From: Clostridiales bacterium UBA3953
GTDB taxonomy: Bacteria; Bacillota; Clostridia; Oscillospirales; CAG-272
Reading direction: 5' to 3'
DNA length: 45,911 nucleotides
NCBI GenBank assembly: GCA_002385415.1
Contig: DGDL01000088.1
Span: forward strand, 3,117-49,027
Shown here: positions 28,031-35,469 of the stretch, piece by piece
Position numbering within the stretch: the first letter of the stretch is position 1
Layout of the letters: each line of letters opens with the position of its first letter
The notes under the pieces: model-generated
The model's input: only the letters and a program-made list of their open reading frames with translations
Databases searched by the model: none
What the model was told of the DNA's origin: nothing
Translations under genes and position numbers: made by a program

Positions 28031-28759
28031 ATGCAGGGACAAACCGAGCAGAAGCTTAAAGATAAAAAGAAAAAGATACTTATTGTCGAGGATGAGCGCA
28101 ACATAGCGCAACTGCTCGCCTATAACATGATGCAGGCTGGATACGATTACGACATAGCAGCCGACGGAGTCGAGGGTCTGCGCCTTGCGCTGACCGGCGA
28201 GTATGATCTTATCTTGCTGGACCTCATGCTGCCCAAAATGGACGGTTTCGAGGTCTGCCGTCGCGCTCGCGAGAAGATAAACACCCCCATCATTATAGTG
28301 ACGGCGCGCGAGGAAGAAGTTGAAAAGGTCATGGGTCTCGAAATCGGTGCCGACGACTATGTCACAAAGCCGTTTAAGCTCAAGGAGCTTATGGCACGCA
28401 TCAAGGCGAATATCCGCCGCGCATCGAATGAGTTTGTGCAAAAACCCGACCCCGAGGAAAACATAATAAAACTGCGCGGGCTTGTTATCGACTTGAGCAG
28501 ATACCATGTTACAAACAACGGCGTCGAGGTGTCGCTGACCAAAAAAGACTATGACCTGCTCGTTCACATGGCGAAACATCCCGGCCGCGTGTTCACACGG
28601 GAGGAGCTGCTCGAGCAGGTGTGGGGTTACGAGGGCTATTACGGCGACATCCGCACGGTTGACGTTGCAATACGCCGTCTGCGCGAAAAGCTTGAGGTTG
28701 ACCCGACCAAGCCCGAGTATCTTTTCACCAAGCGCGGCGTGGGGTATTATGTAAATTAA
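28031..28759 (+). CDS. walR: WalR-like OmpR-family response regulator
   Basis: ILIVEDE, LLDLMLP.MDG.EVCR, GLEIGADDYVTKPF, AR.KANIRR, VWGY..YGD.RTVDV..RRLREKLE.DP..P....TKRGVGYY. GGAGGG RBS before 28031. Confidence 0.75.
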   Translation: MQGQTEQKLKDKKKKILIVEDERNIAQLLAYNMMQAGYDYDIAADGVEGLRLALTGEYDLILLDLMLPKMDGFEVCRRAREKINTPIIIVTAREEEVEKVMGLEIGADDYVTKPFKLKELMARIKANIRRASNEFVQKPDPEENIIKLRGLVIDLSRYHVTNNGVEVSLTKKDYDLLVHMAKHPGRVFTREELLEQVWGYEGYYGDIRTVDVAIRRLREKLEVDPTKPEYLFTKRGVGYYVN

Positions 28760-28796
28760 CATAGCATACTTCATGAACATACAGCATAAAACATCC

Positions 28797-28837
28797 ATCC
28801 AAACCGGGCGAAACAGCGCCCCCGGTTTGGATTTTTT
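28797..28837 (+). terminator. intrinsic terminator after the response regulator
   Basis: ATCCAAACCGGG...CCCGGTTTGGAT followed by a T run. Confidence 0.75.
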
Positions 28838-29003
28838 GTTTTGCACAGCCGCGTGGGCAGAACATCTGCTGTATTTTTCGGCAAAGCATTATATCGGCGA
28901 TTATATTGCCAAGCGCCCGCTTAATGCGGTATTAAGGCGGAGTGTGCGGTGCGGGGGAAGGCTTTTGCGTGCCGCTCTTTGCTTGCACCAAAAGGCAGGA
29001 GTG

Positions 29004-29033
29004 TGGGGGAGCTTTTTCTAAAAAGCTCCCCCA
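29004..29033. repeat. GGGGAGC...GCTCCCC hairpin repeat, copy 5
   Basis: TGGGGGAGCTTTTTCTAAAAAGCTCCCCCA just downstream of the minus-strand oxidoreductase. Confidence 0.75.
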
Positions 29034-29046
29034 TTTTCATACGATT

Positions 29047-30105
29047 TTACTCGAGACCACGTTTCAGGCTTATATAGTCGCGCGCGATTTTCAGGTCTTC
29101 CACCGCCTCGTCGGCAGTGCAGGGCGCCGGCCGCTCGCCTTTGACCGCGGCAATGAAATTGACAGCCTGATTTTTCATCGCATGCACTTTCGGCATAACA
29201 GGCCGTGTAATCGTTGGCGGTTCTTTGCCATTGTCCCGCATCACCGTCACAACACCTGCCTCTTGCGACGCAAGCGGTGCCGGCAGGTCAACCTTTATGT
29301 ATCCGCGCTCGAACGCGACGAGATAGCTTTCCTGCCAATCGAGGGTCGTGTTGTACGGTGCCATCTCAAGCGTTCCACACACGCCGCTTTCGCTTTCCGC
29401 CACCAAGAGCACGCCGCTTTTGTCCGCATAGGTCACTTTATACGGTTCGCCGAAGAAAAAACGCATCGCGTTAACCTGATGTATATAGTAGTTGACAAAC
29501 GCATTATATTCCTGTCCGGTCTCTTCATCAAAATAGTCCGGCATACCTTCATGCTGCAGCGGCGGATATGGGTCGTCCGAGCCTAAAACGGCACTGCCTC
29601 CGCCGCCGACCCAGTCGCCCGGCGGCATAGTGATCCTTACAAATCTCATCCGGCCATATTCGCCCGAGGCTTTCCACTCGTCGACCAGCTTTTTCGCATA
29701 CTCCATCGCCGGGTCGGAGCGCTTGTGATAGCCCACCATATAAAGCACGCCGTTTTCTTTTGCGAGCGCCGCGAGCCGCTTGCCCGACTCGACCGACACC
29801 GCGATGGGCTTTTCGGTAAACAGCGGTTTTTTCGCGCGCAGTATGTCGGGTACGATGTTGATATGGTTGCTATAAGGCTGCGACGCTACAACAGCGTCAA
29901 GTTCGCACTCGGCAAGCAGCTCGGTGTGATCGCCGTAAATCTGGGGTATGCCGTATCTTTTTGCCACAGCTTCCGCCAGCTTTTTCCTCGGCTCGGCAAC
30001 GGCGACCACCTCGCACAGCTCCCCGAGCGTTGCGTAGTTTGACAGATGCGCGGCCTGACCCATGAATCCCACGCCGACAAATCCAACTCTTATCTTCCCT
30101 GACAT
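29047..30105 (-). CDS. Gfo/Idh/MocA family oxidoreductase
   Basis: RVGFVGVGFMG, FTEKP, VGYHKR.DP. Start moved to ATG 30105, which follows AAGGAGGT. Confidence 0.9.
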   Translation of the reverse strand: MSGKIRVGFVGVGFMGQAAHLSNYATLGELCEVVAVAEPRKKLAEAVAKRYGIPQIYGDHTELLAECELDAVVASQPYSNHINIVPDILRAKKPLFTEKPIAVSVESGKRLAALAKENGVLYMVGYHKRSDPAMEYAKKLVDEWKASGEYGRMRFVRITMPPGDWVGGGGSAVLGSDDPYPPLQHEGMPDYFDEETGQEYNAFVNYYIHQVNAMRFFFGEPYKVTYADKSGVLLVAESESGVCGTLEMAPYNTTLDWQESYLVAFERGYIKVDLPAPLASQEAGVVTVMRDNGKEPPTITRPVMPKVHAMKNQAVNFIAAVKGERPAPCTADEAVEDLKIARDYISLKRGLE

Positions 30106-30118
30106 TTGTTTTACCTCC

Positions 30119-31201
30119 TTACTCCTTTTCGCCCTCGAACAGGAAAAGCCCCTCTTTACCCGGAGCCACAATGTCAAGCACGCCGTCGCCGTTTATGTCT
30201 CCCACCCAGAAATAAATGCCGACGCCCGACGCCTCTCCGACCGGGCCGTAATCTATTACATGCTTCTCGAATGCTCCGCCGTTTATCTTGAAATAGTAAA
30301 TTCCGGGGTTGTCGTTGTCGCCCGGGTCGCTCCCGCAGTGTGCTCTGTAGCGTTTACCGGTCAAAAGCTCGATCTCGCCGTCGCCGTCAATGTCGACGAG
30401 CACCATGTCGTGATACTGCGCGACCGTGGTGTCGATCTCATGCCTTATAAAGCTACGCTTGCCGTCGGCGTCCACAACATGCTCGAACCACGCAAGACCG
30501 TAGCCGTGTGCGTTTCCGACGATAAGGTCGACCAGACCGTTGCCGTTGACGTCATGCGCCAATATAGGCACGCTGGCACTCCAGCCGATGTCGTAATCGG
30601 GATGGAACACCCACGGGCCTTCAAACAGGTTTTCAGGCTGTTCGAGCCAGCCGCCGGAAAGCAGTATGTCCACCCTGCCGTCTCCGTTTATGTCGCCAAA
30701 TCCCATGCCGTGACCGCTCGGCTGCTCGCCAATAACGTATTTTTCAAATTTGCCTGTGCCCCTGCCGTTTTCGTCGGTGACGAGCTTAAAGAAACACTGG
30801 GGCTGGCCCGGCGTGTTTGGGAATATTTCAGGCACGCCGCAACCATCGATGTCAAAATATCTGATTGTCTCGATGTTACCGCACCACGCGATGTCGTGCA
30901 CTTTCCACTCACCGTAGTCTCCCGGGTTTTCGCGCCAGCGCAAAGTCTCGCCCCACCATCCGCCGGTTATGATATCTATGTAACCGTCGCCGTTGACGTC
31001 CATTCCGAAGTTGGAGAAGTCGTCGTAGTACTCGCCCTCGGGCTGCACGTCGCAAATCTTATGTTTTTTCGTGAAATCGGGACCCTCGTACCAGTACTCG
31101 CCGCAGACAATGTCGAGATGCCCGTCGCGGTTCACGTCAAAAACCCATGCCGCCTCGTAGCCGACATCATCGATTTTTCTCTTCTTGAATTTTATCGCCA
31201 A
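30119..31201 (-). CDS. FG-GAP/VCBS-repeat beta-propeller protein without signal peptide
   Basis: Seven D-(V/I)-(N/D)-x-x-G-x-x-(D/E) repeats. TTG start after AGGGGG. Confidence 0.85.
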   Translation of the reverse strand: MAIKFKKRKIDDVGYEAAWVFDVNRDGHLDIVCGEYWYEGPDFTKKHKICDVQPEGEYYDDFSNFGMDVNGDGYIDIITGGWWGETLRWRENPGDYGEWKVHDIAWCGNIETIRYFDIDGCGVPEIFPNTPGQPQCFFKLVTDENGRGTGKFEKYVIGEQPSGHGMGFGDINGDGRVDILLSGGWLEQPENLFEGPWVFHPDYDIGWSASVPILAHDVNGNGLVDLIVGNAHGYGLAWFEHVVDADGKRSFIRHEIDTTVAQYHDMVLVDIDGDGEIELLTGKRYRAHCGSDPGDNDNPGIYYFKINGGAFEKHVIDYGPVGEASGVGIYFWVGDINGDGVLDIVAPGKEGLFLFEGEKE

Positions 31202-31319
31202 TTTTTGCACCCCCTGTAATTTTTGCAGCCGCCGCTCAGTCCGCATGCGACACAAAGCGACGGTGTTTTTTGTTTTCGAGGTCGGACAACAGCCGGACCT
31301 TGATTTTGCAGTTATTTAA

Positions 31320-31374
31320 ATTATAATATGGAGGGGCACGCAATTAAATGGACTTCTGTGATATAATGATGGAC
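31320..31374 (-). promoter_or_regulatory. probable AraC-activated promoter with 21-bp-spaced direct repeats
   Basis: Minus-strand TATAAT at 31320-31325 with a poor -35 (TTTAAT). ATGGAC at 31348 and 31369. Confidence 0.5.
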
Positions 31375-31403
31375 AAAACCGACATTTGGCGGAGGTGGGG
31401 CTT

Positions 31404-32165
31404 GTGAGAGGTCTTATTTCAATCGGCATTTTGCCCCGACCCGTATATGTTTTCGGCACTCACGCCCACGACAGTTGGGAGGTTGTGTACTATACTCACG
31501 GCAGCGGCACGCTGACGGTCGGCAGCGAGAAAATACCCTTTCGCCCGGGCACAATCGTTTGCCAGCCGCCCGGTGTCCCGCACAGCGAGCGGTCGGCCAA
31601 GGGATACTGCAACGTGCATTTCTGTCTGAAGGTGATGGGCGGCCCGGTAAATGAAGGCGCCCCATCGGTTTTTTCGGATAACGAGAGCAGCGACTTTTAC
31701 AAGGTGCTGATGCTGCTTTACAAAGAGTTCCACATGGCACCCGGCAACCGGAGCAGGCTTGTCGACAGCCTGCTGGACGTTTTGCACGAGTATATTCTGT
31801 CCTGGAGCAGCGGCAAAAGGAAGAATCCGTATGTCGAGCAATTTGAGGACGCTGTGATTTCTAACCTTGCCAACAATAATTTCAGGCTCGACGACGCGCT
31901 GGCGGCTATCCCCTTGTCCCGCGACCATTTCAGGCGGCTTTTCAAGGCCGAGACCGGCCGCACGCCGCTGGAGTATCTGACCGAGAAACGGATAAGCCAT
32001 GCCATGCAGCTGATGGAATCGGGGCTGGCAAGCTCGATTACTATAAAGGAGATTGCCACGCTCGCAGGGTTTGACGACCCGTACTATTTTTCGCGCGTGT
32101 TCCGCAAAGTGACCGGCAAAAGTCCGAGCGCGTGGATGAGGGCGAAAAAGTTGGGACTTGATTAG
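31404..32165 (+). CDS. AraC family transcriptional regulator
   Basis: Cupin H.H...E, C-terminal HFRRLFK.ETG.TP.EY...RI..A..L..IKEIA..GF.DPYYFSRVF.K.TG.SP. GTG start after GGAGG. Confidence 0.93.
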   Translation: MRGLISIGILPRPVYVFGTHAHDSWEVVYYTHGSGTLTVGSEKIPFRPGTIVCQPPGVPHSERSAKGYCNVHFCLKVMGGPVNEGAPSVFSDNESSDFYKVLMLLYKEFHMAPGNRSRLVDSLLDVLHEYILSWSSGKRKNPYVEQFEDAVISNLANNNFRLDDALAAIPLSRDHFRRLFKAETGRTPLEYLTEKRISHAMQLMESGLASSITIKEIATLAGFDDPYYFSRVFRKVTGKSPSAWMRAKKLGLD

Positions 32166-32214
32166 AAGGCGTTTATTAAAAACTTTAATTTTTATTTAAA
32201 TTACTCGGCAACGG

Positions 32215-32243
32215 TTGACCTTCACTTGCGGTTTGTTTATAAT
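32215..32243 (+). promoter_or_regulatory. sigma-A promoter
   Basis: TTGACC-17nt-TATAAT with an AT-rich upstream tract. Confidence 0.75.
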
Positions 32244-32296
32244 GTATGTGCAAATGCAGATATTTTGCAATAATTGTCTTTGTGAGGTGGTTTACC

Positions 32297-32953
32297 ATGA
32301 GCAAAAAAGGTTTAATCGCACTTATATGCTTGGCGGTTGTAATGTTTTCGATTGTGTCCTGTTCAAACGAGGCCAAAACTGACGAGACCGGCACCGACGC
32401 CGTGACCACTGTCGCTACGGACACGACCGCCGAAGCTACCGCAAAAGCCGAAGATACCACAGAAGCCGAGACCGAAGCGCCGAAGCCCAAAATTAAGTTT
32501 CAATATATCGACTTTTACGAGGAGAAGGACGACGGCGGCCATGACCCTCGCAGCATTTCCGACACTCCCGGCTCCTCTGTCGGAGCCAAGTTCACCGCCG
32601 AAGGAAACTGGATTGACATTTCAATGAACTGCCCAAGCTGGAGTGACAACATCGGAACCATGACATTTGCCGTCTATAACTGGGACACCGACTTTGAGAC
32701 CACCGTCGCCGCCGAACCTGTCTACACCACCGAGTTTGTTGACTACATAGACAACGACACTCTGATTGTCGAGTTTGAAGGCGACGGTCTGCCTCCCGGA
32801 ACCTACCTGTGGCTGCTCAAAGACGGCAAGGACGGGGTCGGTATCTGGAGCAAAAACAAGCCCGATGACCCCAATATTGAGGTATATTACAATGGACAGG
32901 TCGCGGATTTCGGTCCGGAAGCAATCGCGACCGTAAGACTGCCGAACGAATAA
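32297..32953 (+). CDS. lipoprotein with Thr/Glu-rich linker and small beta-rich domain
   Basis: MSKK, hydrophobic stretch, IVS|C lipobox, then TDETGTDAVTT... linker. GAGGTG RBS. Confidence 0.8.
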   Translation: MSKKGLIALICLAVVMFSIVSCSNEAKTDETGTDAVTTVATDTTAEATAKAEDTTEAETEAPKPKIKFQYIDFYEEKDDGGHDPRSISDTPGSSVGAKFTAEGNWIDISMNCPSWSDNIGTMTFAVYNWDTDFETTVAAEPVYTTEFVDYIDNDTLIVEFEGDGLPPGTYLWLLKDGKDGVGIWSKNKPDDPNIEVYYNGQVADFGPEAIATVRLPNE

Positions 32954-32958
32954 CATCT

Positions 32959-33005
32959 AAAAAACACCCGTTTGACGAGTTTGCGCTCATCAAGCGGGTA
33001 TTTTT
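32959..33005. terminator. bidirectional terminator
   Basis: A run, then ACCCGTTTGA...TCAAGCGGGT, then T run, between convergent genes. Confidence 0.7.
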
Positions 33006-33061
33006 CCGTGCAAAAAGCGGATTTGGCACAAATTGCGCGGCAACCGGGTGATGCGAGGTTC

Positions 33062-35167
33062 TTAAACCTGGTGCATTGTCCTTGCTATTATTTCCGCCTG
33101 CATACTTGGCGAGAGCTTGACAAAATAATCGCTGTAGCCGCCGATTCTGACCAAAAGGTCGCGGTACTGTTCGGGGTTTTTCTGTGCCGCCAGCAGCGTG
33201 TCGGCATCCACGACGTTTATCTGCATTTCGAAGCCGCCTCTCTGCAGATAGGTTTTGATAAGCCCCACCATCTTTTCGGCGGACTGCTCGCTCATTATTT
33301 TCTTTGAAAACTTCATGTTGACGGCAACGCCGCCGATAAGCTCTTTGTGAGACCATTTTGTGCTGGACAGGATGGAGCAGGTCGGACCTCGCTGTTCCCT
33401 GCCCTGGGCCGGACCCGCCCCGTCTCCGAGAGGAAAGCCCGCTAAGCGCCCGTCCGGCGTCGCGTCTGTACCGCTTCCGAAATGCTCGTGCATTATCCAG
33501 CAGAAAAGGCTGGGGATAAGCCTTGCGCCCGGCAGTACCGGCCTGTATTTGCGGCATTCCTGTACTACATGTTCGGTTATTACGGTGAAAAGACTGTCGA
33601 CGGCGTCCATATCATTTCCGTATTTGGGCAGGCTTTGCATCTGCTGACGCTCTGCCTCGTATCCCTCAAAGTTGCTGTCAAGGATTTCTTTCAGCTTTTT
33701 GAATGTCAACTGTTTTCTTTCGAAAATTAAAGTTTTTATCACATAAAGCGAGTCGACAAGATTCGGCATGCCGACAAAGCTCGGCATTATCCAGTTATAC
33801 CTTGCGCCGCCCCGCTCAATATCCACGCCGCGCGCTATGCAGTCCCTGACGAAACATGAGAGCAGCGGATTGCAGGAGTGCCGGCTGCGCGCTGCCCTTA
33901 TCCGGTTCTGCGCCTCGAAGTTGTTTTTGATGGATTGGTTCAGCTTTTCTTTATATGTATCGAGCAGCTCGTCAAATGTCTCGTATTCCCTGTCGAGAAT
34001 ATCGAGCAGTAGCTGCGGCAGGTTTGTGTAGGGACTTGCCACCCATACATTGGAGGCTCCGACGGGCGTGATTTCCACGCATGTGCTGTGTATATACTCG
34101 TGTGACTCTTTTTCTGTAACACCGTACTCGCGCAGCCCCTGTGTAATAACGTCGTCGTTAAACAAGGCTGGGTGCGAGCGGCCGCGCGATAAGATTTTGC
34201 ATGCCAGCTCCAGGTATTCATCGGGCGTGTCGGACGATACGCACAGTCCGACCGCCGGATACACGAGCCGTATATCGTCGACAACCTGCATGCAAATTTT
34301 GGTAAGCTCGTTTGCCACTATATTACCGCATCTGTCCCTCCCGCCGACCATATAGCCGGAGGACAGTCCGCGCGGCACGCGATGGTTTATCTGTATACCG
34401 AGACAGTCCATCAAAAGCTGTGCTTGCTCGGGTGTCAGCTTTCCGTTTTCTATGTCATTTTTATAGTACGGATACAGATAGCGGTCGGGACGGCCAAGCT
34501 GGAACTGCTGGGCCGCAAAATAGCGAAAAGGCGCAAAAGTCAGGCAAAACGTTATAAAGTGAACGCTCTGCACCGCCTCATAAAAGCTGCGGGCGGGGTT
34601 GGCCGGCACGTTTGTGCAGATTTCCGATATTTGCAAAAGCTCATGTTTGCGCTCGCGGTCGGCACAGGATTCCGCGAGCATTTTTGCGTGTTCCGAGTAC
34701 TTTTGGGCAAATGCTTTCACCGCGTCCAGGCAAATCAAACACGCGTCATAAAATATGGTCTGCTCATGTGTGGCGGTCTTTTTATGCTCCTTAATTTCCG
34801 CGATTATCCCGTTTATGCCGAGCGACAGGACTTTTTCATAATCAATTGCCATGTGCGAGTCCTGACCCGCGTGTGCGACCGCTTTCCTTGCGACGGTTTC
34901 TTCCAGATGCCGCCATTCTTCATGCTCGGACTCGGTCAATACGTCACTCGATTTTCCGACAATCAGTTCATCGTCGTCAATTATAGGGTCAACTTTCGAC
35001 ATTGAATAGGCAAATGCATCGGCATATCGAAGCTGCATATCGCCCAGATTTTCGTTTTGGGCATATCTTCTGAAAAAATCGAGATACATTCTGCTAAACG
35101 ATATTACCGGGTCAACAGCACGCCGCCTCAATTTTTCGATTCTGTCCATGTATTTCTGGCATGTCAT
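33062..35167 (-). CDS. glycyl radical enzyme (PFL-like superfamily), substrate unknown
   Basis: ELIVG, DYEKVL..G, GRPDRYLYPYY, Cys loop STCVE, ATPDGR, Gly loop LLVRIGGYS. ATG 35167 follows GGAG; the ORF track start is 35200. Confidence 0.9.
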   Translation of the reverse strand: MTCQKYMDRIEKLRRRAVDPVISFSRMYLDFFRRYAQNENLGDMQLRYADAFAYSMSKVDPIIDDDELIVGKSSDVLTESEHEEWRHLEETVARKAVAHAGQDSHMAIDYEKVLSLGINGIIAEIKEHKKTATHEQTIFYDACLICLDAVKAFAQKYSEHAKMLAESCADRERKHELLQISEICTNVPANPARSFYEAVQSVHFITFCLTFAPFRYFAAQQFQLGRPDRYLYPYYKNDIENGKLTPEQAQLLMDCLGIQINHRVPRGLSSGYMVGGRDRCGNIVANELTKICMQVVDDIRLVYPAVGLCVSSDTPDEYLELACKILSRGRSHPALFNDDVITQGLREYGVTEKESHEYIHSTCVEITPVGASNVWVASPYTNLPQLLLDILDREYETFDELLDTYKEKLNQSIKNNFEAQNRIRAARSRHSCNPLLSCFVRDCIARGVDIERGGARYNWIMPSFVGMPNLVDSLYVIKTLIFERKQLTFKKLKEILDSNFEGYEAERQQMQSLPKYGNDMDAVDSLFTVITEHVVQECRKYRPVLPGARLIPSLFCWIMHEHFGSGTDATPDGRLAGFPLGDGAGPAQGREQRGPTCSILSSTKWSHKELIGGVAVNMKFSKKIMSEQSAEKMVGLIKTYLQRGGFEMQINVVDADTLLAAQKNPEQYRDLLVRIGGYSDYFVKLSPSMQAEIIARTMHQV

Positions 35168-35211
35168 GTTCTCGTCTCCGATCAGGCAAAATTTGCACAT
35201 GCTTACCTATA

Positions 35212-35239
35212 ATTATATAGCATCACCACAAAAATACAA
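35212..35239 (-). promoter_or_regulatory. probable sigma-A promoter of the GRE
   Basis: TTGTAT-16nt-TATAAT. Confidence 0.55.
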
Positions 35240-35400
35240 TACGTCGGCACCGAAATATGATTCCCTCTGGCAAATAAACGCAATCATGCGGGCAAATAAT
35301 CCAAGCCGGGCAAATGCAATTCGGTAGAGCGGGAGCGGCACATGCGGGATGGGGACCATTCAAAAAAGCAGAAACTTTGCGGATTTTTTCCATATTAATG

Positions 35401-35429
35401 TTGCCTTTCGATTCAAATGAAGATATAAT
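35401..35429 (+). promoter_or_regulatory. sigma-A promoter
   Basis: TTGCCT-17nt-TATAAT. Confidence 0.7.
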
Positions 35430-35469
35430 ACTTGTGGCTTGGAACCGATGATTGGGGGGTTAAATTAAA

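Noticed and set aside
33062-35167. Calling the GRE pyruvate formate-lyase (pflB)
   Set aside because: It lacks the adjacent Cys-Cys pair and the RVSGY loop of true PFL.
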